Below are positions 1 to 9,734 of a stretch of DNA of 64,000 bases, piece after piece. The notes under the pieces were generated by a model. It was not told where the DNA came from. It made no database searches and saw only the letters and a list, made by a program, of their open reading frames with translations. The DNA lies in NCBI GenBank assembly GCA_963716395.1, contig OY970309.1, forward strand, positions 911,989 to 975,988, given 5' to 3'. Every line of letters begins with the position of its first letter. Position 1 is the first letter of the stretch. This DNA comes from an uncultured Fibrobacteria bacterium (GTDB lineage Bacteria; Fibrobacterota; Fibrobacteria; UBA11236). The translations under genes and the position numbers were made by a program.

Positions 1-4
1 TCAA

Positions 5-295
5 TTAAACCATAATCAATTCCCCTAGATCGGGCGGTTTTTTGGCTCCATGATGCTCCACTTTTCGTTCCCAATTTGATCCAAGAAAGTAGAAGCGAAG
101 GCTATCCTGATCCTGGTTTAAAATCCCCAAAAGCCTGGTTTTCAACACTTCCCAACGAGCCGGATCGAGATTGCATTCAAATACCGAATTTTGAACTCGA
201 AGTCCGAAATCTTCACACGCTTCCGCGATTTTCCGAAGACGTTTCCGCCCTGCGGCCGTAATGGTGGAAACGTCATAGCTGACTAGCACCAGCAT
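5..295 (-). CDS. cas2: CRISPR-associated endoribonuclease Cas2
   Basis: 96-aa ORF with the typical Cas2 N-terminus ([10 protein letters not shown]...), immediately downstream of cas1 (1-nt gap); last gene of the I-C operon. Confidence 0.9.
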   Translation of the reverse strand: MLVLVSYDVSTITAAGRKRLRKIAEACEDFGLRVQNSVFECNLDPARWEVLKTRLLGILNQDQDSLRFYFLGSNWERKVEHHGAKKPPDLGELIMV

Positions 296-296
296 T

Positions 297-1331
297 TTAT
301 CTCCAAAGAAAGGCTGGATAGAATTCGAGATCTCCGCGAATGTGCCTAGCTAATAGCCGGGCTTGGGTCAGGAAACAGAGCCCAACATCCAAATCCTCGT
401 CCAGGAAAGGATGTTTGATGGTCTCGCGTTTTCTTTTTTGAATGTCGGCAAGAACCGTCTTGCGTGTTTCCACAGTCATTTCAACCTCGGTTGAAGGTTG
501 CACGATGAACCCCTCGCGGTTGACTTGCTTGAGATTCACCAAACTCAACACCAATCGGTCTGCGAAAGGCGCCCGGAATTCTTCCATCAAGTCCAAAGCC
601 AGCGATGGCCTCCCCGGCCGCTCCACATGAAGGTATCCGACATAGGGGTCAAGCCCCACCGATTCCAAAGCGGAGCGCATATCCAGGGCAAGAATGGAAT
701 ACGCAAAGGAAAGCAAGGCGTTCACACGATCCGTCGGCGGCCTGCGACTTCGGCCGTTGAAGCGGAATTCAGATTCCGGCGGCAATAGCATCGCGTCGAA
801 TACCGAGAAGTAGGCTTCGGCGGCATCGCCTTCTATGCCGCGCAGCGACTCGACGGAATCGGTTTTCTTGGCCCCGGTAAGGCAATTCTCCATGCGGTTT
901 AACATGACTTCGATTTCCGCCGATCGGGTAGATTCCGGATGGTTGCGGAGAAAACGCAGCAAGGTGGCCCTTTGGTTCTGAATCTTGGCCGCCACGCAAC
1001 AGCGGGCTATCGACAACGAGCGCGCCGGATCGTCCGCGAGGCGATATTGTTCCCGTCGCAGTAAGACATTGCCATGTACCGGCCCCGTCAGTCGCGCCAG
1101 GAATTTTCCATTGCCATGCAAATAGCTGACGGTCACGCCTTCACGAGCGCAATGCTCGGACAGTTCCGGTGACACGCCGATGCCGAAACCGAAACAGACG
1201 ATTTCACCGATCGCGTGAAGCGGGAATTGCGCAACTTTTTCCCTATCCTTGCGTACCGTAACCGCCTCGCCATCCTTGTGGAGATAAGCCCCTTCCAAGG
1301 TCATGTACAGCGTATTGCGAACATGCTTCAT
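297..1331 (-). CDS. cas1: CRISPR-associated endonuclease Cas1 (type I-C)
   Basis: ORF 297..1457. The Cas1-like N-terminus [24 protein letters not shown] starts at residue 43 (coordinate ~1331), overlapping the cas4 stop. Length and conserved C-terminal acidic region fit Cas1. Confidence 0.9.
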   Translation of the reverse strand: MKHVRNTLYMTLEGAYLHKDGEAVTVRKDREKVAQFPLHAIGEIVCFGFGIGVSPELSEHCAREGVTVSYLHGNGKFLARLTGPVHGNVLLRREQYRLADDPARSLSIARCCVAAKIQNQRATLLRFLRNHPESTRSAEIEVMLNRMENCLTGAKKTDSVESLRGIEGDAAEAYFSVFDAMLLPPESEFRFNGRSRRPPTDRVNALLSFAYSILALDMRSALESVGLDPYVGYLHVERPGRPSLALDLMEEFRAPFADRLVLSLVNLKQVNREGFIVQPSTEVEMTVETRKTVLADIQKRKRETIKHPFLDEDLDVGLCFLTQARLLARHIRGDLEFYPAFLWR

Positions 1332-1996
1332 CCTAGTAGCTCCTGGCGGTAAGCCTGAACCTTTGCGGGCGCCGCGCTTTTCGGCTGGCAAATTCCTATC
1401 AACGAACAGGAGCGGCAGCCTTTTTTCCAGATAGCGGGCGGCAACTGTCGCAAACACATCATGTGATCGAAGGCGGTGATGGTTTCCCGGGTGCGGATGC
1501 GTAAGGCCTCATCAAAAACCACTTCGTCTCTTCGGCGGATTCTTCCATAGAAAATCGATCCTTCCGGAATCTCAGCCCCGGTCATCTCCTCCAGGCACAG
1601 GGCTTGGGCGCAAAGTTGAATCCGATCGCAATCCAATTCCTTGGGTTCGCCGCGCTTGAATTCCACCGGACGAATTTTCCAATTTCCGCTTAACCCAAGG
1701 AATGATGCCGTATCCGGCGTATCGCCTATCTTTTCAACCTCCACCACGTCCAAACGTCCGTACAAACACAATTTCAAAGACTGAACACGCACCCCGGAAA
1801 ACTGGCGCAACCCCCGGCGGAATTCCCGATAGCCTTCATCCACCCGTTCATGCAAGGTCCGGCCTTCGGCAGTGCGCTGGTTTTCCTCCCAGACTTGCTC
1901 AAGGTGAATCAACCCGGCCTGCCGCGGGCAGAAGGCCATGTGCTGCAAAGCCGAGATCGGATGCAGATCTTCTTCACGGTGGGCCGTGGTGGTCAC
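1328..1996 (-). CDS. cas4: CRISPR-associated exonuclease Cas4 (RecB-like nuclease with C-terminal Cys cluster)
   Basis: 222 aa; N-terminal ISALQHMAFCPRQAGLIHLEQ motif and C-terminal CRSCSLIGIC Fe-S cysteines typical of Cas4. GTG start overlaps the stop of the upstream dinD-like ORF. Confidence 0.85.
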   Translation of the reverse strand: MTTTAHREEDLHPISALQHMAFCPRQAGLIHLEQVWEENQRTAEGRTLHERVDEGYREFRRGLRQFSGVRVQSLKLCLYGRLDVVEVEKIGDTPDTASFLGLSGNWKIRPVEFKRGEPKELDCDRIQLCAQALCLEEMTGAEIPEGSIFYGRIRRRDEVVFDEALRIRTRETITAFDHMMCLRQLPPAIWKKGCRSCSLIGICQPKSAAPAKVQAYRQELLG

Positions 1997-2832
1997 GGTT
2001 TCGGTTTTGCCAGCTTTCGGGTTTTTGATCCCGGCAAATAGTTCTGTCCAGAAACGACTTTCCGCCCCGTACGGCTTTCCAGAGCTTTGCGGGCCTTACC
2101 GGCTACGGAACCTCCTTCCCTGGCGGCTTTGCGGTTCGGCTCGAAACCCTGAACGTCTCCGGTGCGGGTGATCTCGGTGGTGGCCGCTTCACCAAGCATG
2201 CTGAAGATCAATTCCAAATCGTTCATATGGTCGCGAAGGTTTTCGCGCTTGAGCCCTTTGATTTGCTTGTATTCGGATGGCGTGACTCCGAAGGCCGCTT
2301 TGGAGATTTCGGCGGTCAGGATGGCGTAATCCTTCTCCTCTTGGATTCCCCGGTTTTTCCACTCTCCTGTCAGCTCTTCCCGAATGGCGATGGACCGCAT
2401 GCGCTTTTCGATCCAGTCGTCCGGATAGCCCTTGGCCTTGTACAAAGCCCGGGTGCGCTTGGAGGCTAATTCGGGGTCCTCGATTTCCTGAATGCGCTCA
2501 TATCCCACCTTGGCCAGCCATTTCTTGAAAGGCTCGGCCTTGGGCGAAGGAATGCTCTGGATGATGCGGAAAACGCCTTCGGTGTTGGCACAATTAAGGT
2601 TTTGAAGACCTCCCGGCGTTTGGACGGAAAGGGGGGTGGCAATTTGCCCCCACCCTTGGTTCAGTTCCGGGTCGCGTCGGCGCATATCCTTGACGTATCC
2701 CGCCGGTTTCACTGAGTCGGTCAAGGCCGAAACGACGTCAGCAATGACGAACCACCATTCGCCCTTATGCAGGGTTTTGCGGATTTCTTTGCCCCGGAAC
2801 AGGGCAATGTGGGTGGGGTCCTCCACGTTCAA
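1993..2832 (-). CDS. BRO-N domain / DinD-like (DNA-damage-inducible protein D family) protein embedded in the cas operon
   Basis: N-terminus ([19 protein letters not shown]) resembles BRO-N antirepressor-type DNA-binding domains. The C-terminal half ([33 protein letters not shown]) aligns by eye with E. coli DinD. Likely GTG start at ~2826, preceded by a GGAUGG Shine-Dalgarno. Confidence 0.7.
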   Translation of the reverse strand: MNVEDPTHIALFRGKEIRKTLHKGEWWFVIADVVSALTDSVKPAGYVKDMRRRDPELNQGWGQIATPLSVQTPGGLQNLNCANTEGVFRIIQSIPSPKAEPFKKWLAKVGYERIQEIEDPELASKRTRALYKAKGYPDDWIEKRMRSIAIREELTGEWKNRGIQEEKDYAILTAEISKAAFGVTPSEYKQIKGLKRENLRDHMNDLELIFSMLGEAATTEITRTGDVQGFEPNRKAAREGGSVAGKARKALESRTGRKVVSGQNYLPGSKTRKLAKPKP

Positions 2833-3977
2833 GCCATCCGCAACAATTTCACGCCGTTTCCGGCATCGGCACTTGATCCGACCGCAGGTAGTGGTTTCCC
2901 GTCGAACGTGACCTCGTAGTCCTCGAATGCCCTGGCAGGCGGCAATTTGCCACCTTCGCCAGCTACGCCGATTTTCCGCTTGGCCACGACACGCTCGAAC
3001 AAGGCATGCGCCGGGGCATTGCCGAGAGCCGTGGCGTGTTCAAATACAAGCAAAGGACGCGTAGACATCAGTCCACGGGCCGCAGATCGGTCATGCTCGA
3101 AAGCGTTAACCAGTGAATCCCAAAAGAGATTCAAGTCCTCTTCGGAAAAGCCGGTTTGATTGGCGAGATGAGCGGAAATGAAACCGTGGGAGCGGTACAA
3201 TCCATATGGAACGGTGAATTTACGGCCCATGGTTCGGTTGTCTCCACCCTGTTTCTCGGCCTCGGCTTCGGTGGCCACGGCCATGCGGGTGATACTGTGT
3301 TCCAGGGCCACGATGGGATCCACCGAGCGGGCGAAGGTCATCTGGATGGGTCCGCGGACTTGACCACAATTAGGGGCCGATTTGAGAGACATAACAGCGC
3401 CAAAGGTCCGGATGTCGTAAAAATGAGAACACATCCAATCGCGCCCTTTACCTGTTTCTTCGGCGGTCGGTTTTCGCGCTTTCACGCCTTTTAAAGAATC
3501 TTCCAGAAATTTCTTGAGATCCTTTCCAGGTTTGGTTTCCTTTATCGCCTGCTTAATCGATTTGACATCGGCATCAGCGGCCACGACTAACCAAAGTTTC
3601 TCCTCGTCCTCGTCAAGGCTCAATCCCTCCGGCAAAATGAAATCTTCTATTTCGGTCTTCAGGTTGTCCGGAATGAGTTTTCTGCCTTCTTCTCCCAAAG
3701 CAATTCCGAGGTCGGTGAATGCGGCATTATGGGCTCTCCCCAAAACCGCTTTTTCCTTGACGTAAATGTCGTACCCACTTTTGGGTTTTTGTCCTTCCGT
3801 TTGCGTCAGTTGGACAAAATTGCGGATTTTTCTTTTGAGACATACATCGGTGACAAGCCCCGTGCCAGTTTCAGCGTCGATGCGCGGAAGATTGCCGGCG
3901 TCGGGATCGCCGTTTGGATTGCCGTCCTGAATGTCGAACAGAAAAATGAAGTCGTAGCGCTTGGTGATATTACTCAT
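2829..3977 (-). CDS. cas7: Cas7c (Csd2) Cascade backbone subunit
   Basis: 382 aa; N-terminus [34 protein letters not shown] is the Csd2/DevR family signature. Confidence 0.9.
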   Translation of the reverse strand: MSNITKRYDFIFLFDIQDGNPNGDPDAGNLPRIDAETGTGLVTDVCLKRKIRNFVQLTQTEGQKPKSGYDIYVKEKAVLGRAHNAAFTDLGIALGEEGRKLIPDNLKTEIEDFILPEGLSLDEDEEKLWLVVAADADVKSIKQAIKETKPGKDLKKFLEDSLKGVKARKPTAEETGKGRDWMCSHFYDIRTFGAVMSLKSAPNCGQVRGPIQMTFARSVDPIVALEHSITRMAVATEAEAEKQGGDNRTMGRKFTVPYGLYRSHGFISAHLANQTGFSEEDLNLFWDSLVNAFEHDRSAARGLMSTRPLLVFEHATALGNAPAHALFERVVAKRKIGVAGEGGKLPPARAFEDYEVTFDGKPLPAVGSSADAGNGVKLLRMA

Positions 3978-3999
3978 AATTTTCTCCTTGAGGTTTTAG

Positions 4000-5709
4000 T
4001 TACTCGGATATTTTGGGCTTGGTGAAAAAGGCCTGGCGTTGGTGGTAATAGCCGACGGCGAAGCGGGCTTGGTCTTCCATGGAAAGGTGGGCCGGCATGT
4101 CTGGAGACAAACCTCCGAAAATCTCCGTCAGCCGATTTTCGTGGACGGCTCGAAAGGCAGGGTTTTCCAATTTGGCCAAGTGGTGATTCTTCAACTTCAA
4201 CAATTGTGGAAAAACACTAATGGGACTGGAACTGGCGGCTCCGTAGAACCGATCGCGGATGGTGGTATTGATGCCGGGTTGCGCGTCTTCTTGGATTTTT
4301 TCCAGGGTGGCGAAAAGCCTTCCAAGACGGTAACCCGAATTAGTATTGGTGAGATCTAGCGACACGGTAATTTCCTCCTGAATGGGATTGTTCTGCTGCC
4401 GATGTTGGCGGTTGATGCAAGCTTTTAGAATGGCGGCTTGCGTACGCCGCACGTCCTGCGTGGCACGGATGCGCCGAATTGCCTGCTGCAAAAGAGTCGC
4501 AGGATAAGGGGTTCCCGTCAAAATGGAAAGCATGACGCTACCCGCCAGATTCGGCGGAACGTTCTCAGTTTTGTTCTGGACTGCGATATCCGAGAGCAGG
4601 AAAAACAGCGCGTAATTCCCCTTGTCGTTCTTGGGCTTGACGATTTCCAAATCCTGAAAATGCTGACGGATTCTGCCGGAAAATTCAGCCACGGTGCCGG
4701 CATGCCAGAAACGCACTGAGACACGGGCGGCATTGGGAGAAAGTCCTAGTACAAAAAAACGGGCTTCGCCATCGGGAATTCCGGTGCCAGTGAATGGGCT
4801 ACGGAGCAAGGTCTCCATCGCCTTAATGCCGCGATCCGGGTCATCCTTTGGTGGAGCATTCCAAAGAAAGGAAAAGACTTCCTCAAACGAAGTCTTCTTT
4901 TCTGACCAAAAAACTGTTGTTGCATCGCCAACTTGGACCTTGTTTTTTGAATCCCTTCCCAGGAGGAGGTTCAGAACCGTGGTGTAGGCAAAGGTTGCCG
5001 ATTCACTTACGGGAGCATTATAGTTTTGCTCCTTCCGGAAAGACCTGAATGCCGGGAGGTTGAACGAAATTAGTGCCGCACCCGAAGACTGAGCGTCTCG
5101 AACCCCTTTAATCGAAGGATGGATACGGGCAGCCGAAGATTTGCATCCTGATATAAGGCAGATTCCCGCACCTTTCGAACCGGGCCTACGGATATGGGTT
5201 GAAAGTGATTCACAAATAGAAGCATCTCTTGCACCATCGATCCTAAAAAGAACATTTAGATTGGAATCCAAGACCTCCTTCCATCTATCCTCATCCTTTT
5301 TGCTTTTCTCAATTTGAGCTACGGGGTTTGAAGCGAGAAACCGTAAAAGAATCTCGCGATCAGGGTTTTCGTCGATATCGGAAGACAATCGACGCAGAAA
5401 ATCAGCATGTCGCTCCGAAATATCTTGCCTACCACGCGGATTGGCACCAAGGGCATATTCAACGTTGCCCCACAACAGATTCGCTTTAACATTCACGCTT
5501 TTTTTTTCCGCCACCGGTACAAGGAAGGATTTAGCCCGTCTTTTCCGTCCTTCCCCTTCCCGCGTGTCCTCTAAAGACACAAATTGCCCATCACGATCAA
5601 TAACGACGACAAACGAAATATCCTGCCACTGAAATCCTTCCGGTGCAATCCCACTTTCCGGATCCGCTGCCTTGCGTTGGTAATATTCGTACAACGCCTG
5701 CAAAATCAT
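4000..5709 (-). CDS. cas8c: Cas8c (Csd1) large subunit
   Basis: ORF 4000..5733. The Csd1-like start MILQALYEYYQRK is at ~5709, overlapping the cas5 stop. Position between cas5 and cas7 is as in type I-C. Confidence 0.85.
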   Translation of the reverse strand: MILQALYEYYQRKAADPESGIAPEGFQWQDISFVVVIDRDGQFVSLEDTREGEGRKRRAKSFLVPVAEKKSVNVKANLLWGNVEYALGANPRGRQDISERHADFLRRLSSDIDENPDREILLRFLASNPVAQIEKSKKDEDRWKEVLDSNLNVLFRIDGARDASICESLSTHIRRPGSKGAGICLISGCKSSAARIHPSIKGVRDAQSSGAALISFNLPAFRSFRKEQNYNAPVSESATFAYTTVLNLLLGRDSKNKVQVGDATTVFWSEKKTSFEEVFSFLWNAPPKDDPDRGIKAMETLLRSPFTGTGIPDGEARFFVLGLSPNAARVSVRFWHAGTVAEFSGRIRQHFQDLEIVKPKNDKGNYALFFLLSDIAVQNKTENVPPNLAGSVMLSILTGTPYPATLLQQAIRRIRATQDVRRTQAAILKACINRQHRQQNNPIQEEITVSLDLTNTNSGYRLGRLFATLEKIQEDAQPGINTTIRDRFYGAASSSPISVFPQLLKLKNHHLAKLENPAFRAVHENRLTEIFGGLSPDMPAHLSMEDQARFAVGYYHQRQAFFTKPKISE

Positions 5710-6530
5710 TTCCGCACTTCCTCGCTGTCCCAAGGCGGTACTTCGATAATCCCTTGCTCGATTTTCGCCCGGAAAAACGCAGGCTGCGGATCGTTTTCAT
5801 TCTGGAAATCCAGATCGAAAAGCATGAAACCCAATTCCCGCGTTTCCGCAATCGGCGGCTTTTCCTTTTGCTCCGAAGCCAATTCGCTTTCGGGAATGAA
5901 ACGGAATGCGCAACTGAACTCACGACAGCCGAGATAGGGCTGGTTGAAGCATTGACCTTTCGCGGCTCGGCGCTCGAACATGGCGTGATACTTCCCGGGA
6001 TTCTCGTCTTTACCGGTTTTGGCCGTTTCGGCGCAATGTGCGGTGAATTCTTTCTCTTCCGGGTCAACCAATGATTCCGGAACCGGATTCAAAACCTTGG
6101 GCCGCATGGAAGGCGGAATGAATTCCATCTCAGCATGTAACCGATAGGCTACGTCGCGTAGGAATAGTCCAGCCCTTTGCTGGCGGGCATCCTCGATGAG
6201 AATTTCAGAACCTGCCCGATCGCTGGCCACGGCGCCCACTTCATTACGCCGCACCGAAATCCAACGAATGGGTTGCAACACTTCGATTTTGCGGACATGC
6301 CAACGTATGGCGGGCTTCCAAAATATGGCGGTGAAAATCGCCCGGGCCGACGAGGGCGTGATCACGTCGTAACTGACGCGTTCCACCTTCATTTCCGGGC
6401 GGGTGAAACAGGCGTAATCGCCTCTTACTTTCAAACAGAACGATTTTCGCGTATGGGTCAAGAAACCTCCTTGGGGAGCGGATTTCACGGGTACACCGTG
6501 CCCTCCCGGCGTTGTGCCACGCTGATGCAA
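5706..6530 (-). CDS. cas5: Cas5c (Cas5d) pre-crRNA-processing Cascade subunit
   Basis: Conserved ...KSFCLKVRGDYACFTRPEMKVERVSYDVITPSSARAIF motif. The ATG at 6530 gives an atypical Gly-rich 23-aa extension, so the true start is probably the in-frame TTG at ~6461 (LTHTRKSFCLKV...). Confidence 0.85.
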   Translation of the reverse strand: MHQRGTTPGGHGVPVKSAPQGGFLTHTRKSFCLKVRGDYACFTRPEMKVERVSYDVITPSSARAIFTAIFWKPAIRWHVRKIEVLQPIRWISVRRNEVGAVASDRAGSEILIEDARQQRAGLFLRDVAYRLHAEMEFIPPSMRPKVLNPVPESLVDPEEKEFTAHCAETAKTGKDENPGKYHAMFERRAAKGQCFNQPYLGCREFSCAFRFIPESELASEQKEKPPIAETRELGFMLFDLDFQNENDPQPAFFRAKIEQGIIEVPPWDSEEVRK

Positions 6531-6547
6531 AGGGTATTATTGAAAAC

Positions 6548-6799
6548 ATGACGACTCTTTCGGTGCAGGTTCCTGAGGACATCTTTTCGGCGTTGCGGCT
6601 TTCTCCCGAGGAAATCGCGCGGGAATTGCCTTTGGCCGCGGCCATATTGTGGTATTCCAAAGGCTTGATATCCCAGGAAAAAGCGGCACACATCGCGGGC
6701 CTGAGTCGCGCGATCTTCCTGAACGAACTGGCCAAGGCTCAAATCCCCGTTTTCCATGTGGATTTGGATGAAGTTCGCCGGGAAGCCCTGAGTGGTTGA
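6548..6799 (+). CDS. UPF0175-family putative antitoxin
   Basis: ~83-aa protein (MTTLSVQVPEDIFSALRLSPEEIARELPLAAAILWYSKGLISQEKAAHIAGLSRAIFLNELAKAQIPV) matching the UPF0175 pattern. It overlaps the downstream DUF3368 gene by 8 nt. Confidence 0.6.
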   Translation: MTTLSVQVPEDIFSALRLSPEEIARELPLAAAILWYSKGLISQEKAAHIAGLSRAIFLNELAKAQIPVFHVDLDEVRREALSG

Positions 6800-7283
6800 G
6801 TCTGTCGTCAACGCTTCTCCCGTAATCCATCTCGGGGAAGCGGGGTATCTTTTCGTATTACGTGATTTGTTCGGCACCATCCTTATTCCAAGGCCGGTCG
6901 TCGATGAAATCCTCGCGAAGCCCGAATCGAAGGACCGTATTTCAAATACTCCATGGATTCGGGTGCTATCGGTGGATCCGCCTGCAGCATCCTTGACCGC
7001 ATGGGATTTGGGACCGGGCGAAACTTCGGTGCTGACGTATGCCTTGGCCCATCCGGGAACCGAAGCCGTATTGGACGATTGGGCTGCCCGCCGTTGCGCC
7101 AAAAGTCTTGGAGTTCCGGTATGCGGAACCCTGGGTGTCATCCTGCGCGCCGCGCGCAAGGGGATTCTCTCCGACCCGGTTTCCGTACTCCACAAAGTGC
7201 GGAATGCCGGCATGTGGCTTTCACAGGATGTCTTCGAGGAGGTGCTCGGCTTGGCTCGGGAAATGTCGAAATTCAGCAAATGA
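6792..7283 (+). CDS. DUF3368 (PIN-like nuclease fold) putative toxin
   Basis: 163 aa; NASPVIHLGEAGYLFVLRDLFGTILIPRPVVDEI... is typical of DUF3368 partners of UPF0175. The 3' end overlaps the cas3 3' end convergently. Confidence 0.6.
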   Translation: MVESVVNASPVIHLGEAGYLFVLRDLFGTILIPRPVVDEILAKPESKDRISNTPWIRVLSVDPPAASLTAWDLGPGETSVLTYALAHPGTEAVLDDWAARRCAKSLGVPVCGTLGVILRAARKGILSDPVSVLHKVRNAGMWLSQDVFEEVLGLAREMSKFSK

Positions 7284-9567
7284 AATCCTCCGGACCATCC
7301 AAGCGCAAACCGAAGGTTTCATCATACAGATTATCCACGCATTGAGCCCATAGACCCATCGCGCCCTCGGGTCCTTTCAGTTCCGCAATACTTCCTTGGT
7401 CTCGGAGTTTTTGCCATACGCGCTCAGGGACGTTAACTAGGCACCGTTGCAGCCTACGCATGCGCTCGCGAGAAGGGCCGGCATAACGCAACTCCTCCAG
7501 GATTTTTCGGCTGGAGTACCGATCCGAATCAGATTGCCACTCATACCACACCACGACACTTCGGTATCCTTGTTCATCAATGAGCCTGTACCATTGCGCC
7601 GCTGAGCGAAATTGAAATCGGCATTCGCCTTCACCTGCATCTTCAAAACCGTAACTTTTGAAATCTTTGCGACCGAAATCATTTACTGCCCGGTAGAAGC
7701 ATTGGAAATATTTCCGGAACGCGTCGGGGGAAAGTAGGCCGGATCGATCCGGCCAAGTCCGTATCACCTCGGAACCGGCCTGTTCCATTTTGAGCAAAAG
7801 ACCGGATGGAGAGGGTTTCGGCGGATTGAAAATCACCACTTCGCCCAACCTCTCCTTCAGCTTTCCTTCCCGGTTGCATCGTCCGGCCGCCTGGGCGATA
7901 CTATCCAGCCCAGCCATGGCCCGGAATACCACGGGAAAATCAATGTCCACCCCCGCTTCCACGAGTTGCGTGCTGATCACACACAGTGGCCTGTCTTGGG
8001 ATAAATCCTCCTTGATGCGCCGAATCACTTTGGAGCGATGCTCCCCGCACATCAGGGCCGAAAGATGAACTGGTGTTTCCGCCGATACCTGCCTGACCGC
8101 TTCCCAAAGCTCGCGGCAATCCTGCCGGCGATTGACGATGCAAAGAACTTGCCGATGTCCCGAAAGCTCACCGGCCAAACTCGGCCAATCAATTTTTTCC
8201 GGCCCTTGAAACCGCAATTGGACCCGCTTCAGGGATACGGCCAGCTCGGCCGGGCTTGTGACGATTTCCCTGACTGAGTCGCAATCGAGCCCCTGGAACC
8301 GGGCTTTTTGCGAGCCGATTTCTCCGAGCAGGGCGGGCTGGGTGGCGGTACATAACACCACGGTACACCCGAAATGCTTGACCAATCCTTTGAGCACCGA
8401 CAAGGTAGGTGCCAAAAATTCGGACGGTAACATCTGGGCTTCGTCCAGGATAATGACGGAATCCACGATATTATGAAGTTTGCGGCACCGGCTGGTGCGC
8501 GAGGCGAAGAGCGACTCGAAAAACTGTACGTTGGTGGTGACCACAACCGGCGCATCCCAATTCTCGGCCGCGAGACGGCCCCCCACGGTTTCCCGATCCA
8601 AATCCACATTACTGTGATGCTCCAGGACGTTCTCCGACCCTAAGACCTCGGAAAAAATCTGGGCCGCTTGCTCGATGATGCTGGTAAAGGGTATAGCCAT
8701 AATGACACGGCGTTTGCCGTATCTCAGAGCATGTTCGAGCGCGAAGGCCAGGGAAGAAAGGGTTTTGCCGCCGCCGGTTGGAACGGTAAGGGAAAAGAAG
8801 CCGGGTTCGAGATCCGCCGCCTTGCGGCAATCCGCCAACACTTCCCGTCTGATTTTGTTGACCAGAAGTTCGAAATTCCCTTTGGCCTTCAATTCGGCAT
8901 CTCTTTCATCTGTTTTGGATCGGAAAAGGACGTGCAATTCCTTCAAGGTGGAAGTAGGACCGCGTTTCTCGGCCTTCTCCGGATCCATAAAGGCTTCGGT
9001 GTCCAGAAAATCCGCGTCCACCAGACTGGAGAAAAGCATGCGTATCCACAGATGAATTTGCTCAGGATCCTGAGGCGGCTTGGATGCCGGTAAAGCGGCT
9101 TCCAAAATTTCTTTGGGAATATCCGCCTTTCGGGTTTCTTCAAGATGGCGGGTTTCATTCAGACGTTCTTCTAATCCCCAGCCTTCCGCCTTGTCTTTGA
9201 ACCAATCGGGCAGTCCCGAATGATGGCCCGCAATCAGGTAGGCTAGAACTCTTCCTATGCCTTTTTGTTTTTGTACGGCGTGAATGGCTCCGGCAGTACT
9301 GTGATCCACCTTGCCGGGAACATTTTCCAGGTGGGCATCTATCCGATACCCTGTTGCCGAGCGGATATAACTCTGAAAATCCGCCTTATACTTTCCCAAG
9401 TCATGCCAAAGTCCGGCCAAATAGCCCCAGTCGTGGGAAGAGAAATTTTGTGCCGCCTCCCCGGAGCGCCTTCCGACCTCTTGCAAATGCCCTTCCAGGG
9501 TATGTTCAATCCATTTGTCGGTGGCAGAGTCTTTCCGCACATGCGCGATATAGCGTTGCATCGACAT
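7273..9567 (-). CDS. cas3: Cas3 HD nuclease / SF2 helicase
   Basis: 764 aa. N-terminal HD motifs (HTLEGHLQEV...HDLGKY...), a Walker A (TVPTGGGKT), DEAQ, and a helicase C-terminal domain. Confidence 0.9.
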   Translation of the reverse strand: MSMQRYIAHVRKDSATDKWIEHTLEGHLQEVGRRSGEAAQNFSSHDWGYLAGLWHDLGKYKADFQSYIRSATGYRIDAHLENVPGKVDHSTAGAIHAVQKQKGIGRVLAYLIAGHHSGLPDWFKDKAEGWGLEERLNETRHLEETRKADIPKEILEAALPASKPPQDPEQIHLWIRMLFSSLVDADFLDTEAFMDPEKAEKRGPTSTLKELHVLFRSKTDERDAELKAKGNFELLVNKIRREVLADCRKAADLEPGFFSLTVPTGGGKTLSSLAFALEHALRYGKRRVIMAIPFTSIIEQAAQIFSEVLGSENVLEHHSNVDLDRETVGGRLAAENWDAPVVVTTNVQFFESLFASRTSRCRKLHNIVDSVIILDEAQMLPSEFLAPTLSVLKGLVKHFGCTVVLCTATQPALLGEIGSQKARFQGLDCDSVREIVTSPAELAVSLKRVQLRFQGPEKIDWPSLAGELSGHRQVLCIVNRRQDCRELWEAVRQVSAETPVHLSALMCGEHRSKVIRRIKEDLSQDRPLCVISTQLVEAGVDIDFPVVFRAMAGLDSIAQAAGRCNREGKLKERLGEVVIFNPPKPSPSGLLLKMEQAGSEVIRTWPDRSGLLSPDAFRKYFQCFYRAVNDFGRKDFKSYGFEDAGEGECRFQFRSAAQWYRLIDEQGYRSVVVWYEWQSDSDRYSSRKILEELRYAGPSRERMRRLQRCLVNVPERVWQKLRDQGSIAELKGPEGAMGLWAQCVDNLYDETFGLRLDGPEDFIC

Positions 9568-9645
9568 CCTTTACTTCGTCCGCTGTCAAGAATAGTCGGG
9601 ACCGACGCGAGCAGCGCGCGCCGGTCGCTTCTGCGTCTAATTTTC

Positions 9646-9726
9646 GTCTCAGCGAATGAGACCGGCGTTACCTACTGCACAAATGAACCGTTGCATGGCT
9701 GCTTCCAGTTTCAGAAACTGAGACGG
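9646..9726. promoter_or_regulatory. Palindromic candidate operators in the cas3/WYL divergent intergenic region
   Basis: Perfect palindrome CAGTTTC-A-GAAACTG at 9706-9720; inverted repeat GTCTCA-N5-TGAGAC at 9646-9662; extra TGAGAC half-site at 9719-9724. Confidence 0.45.
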
Positions 9727-9734
9727 AATATTCC

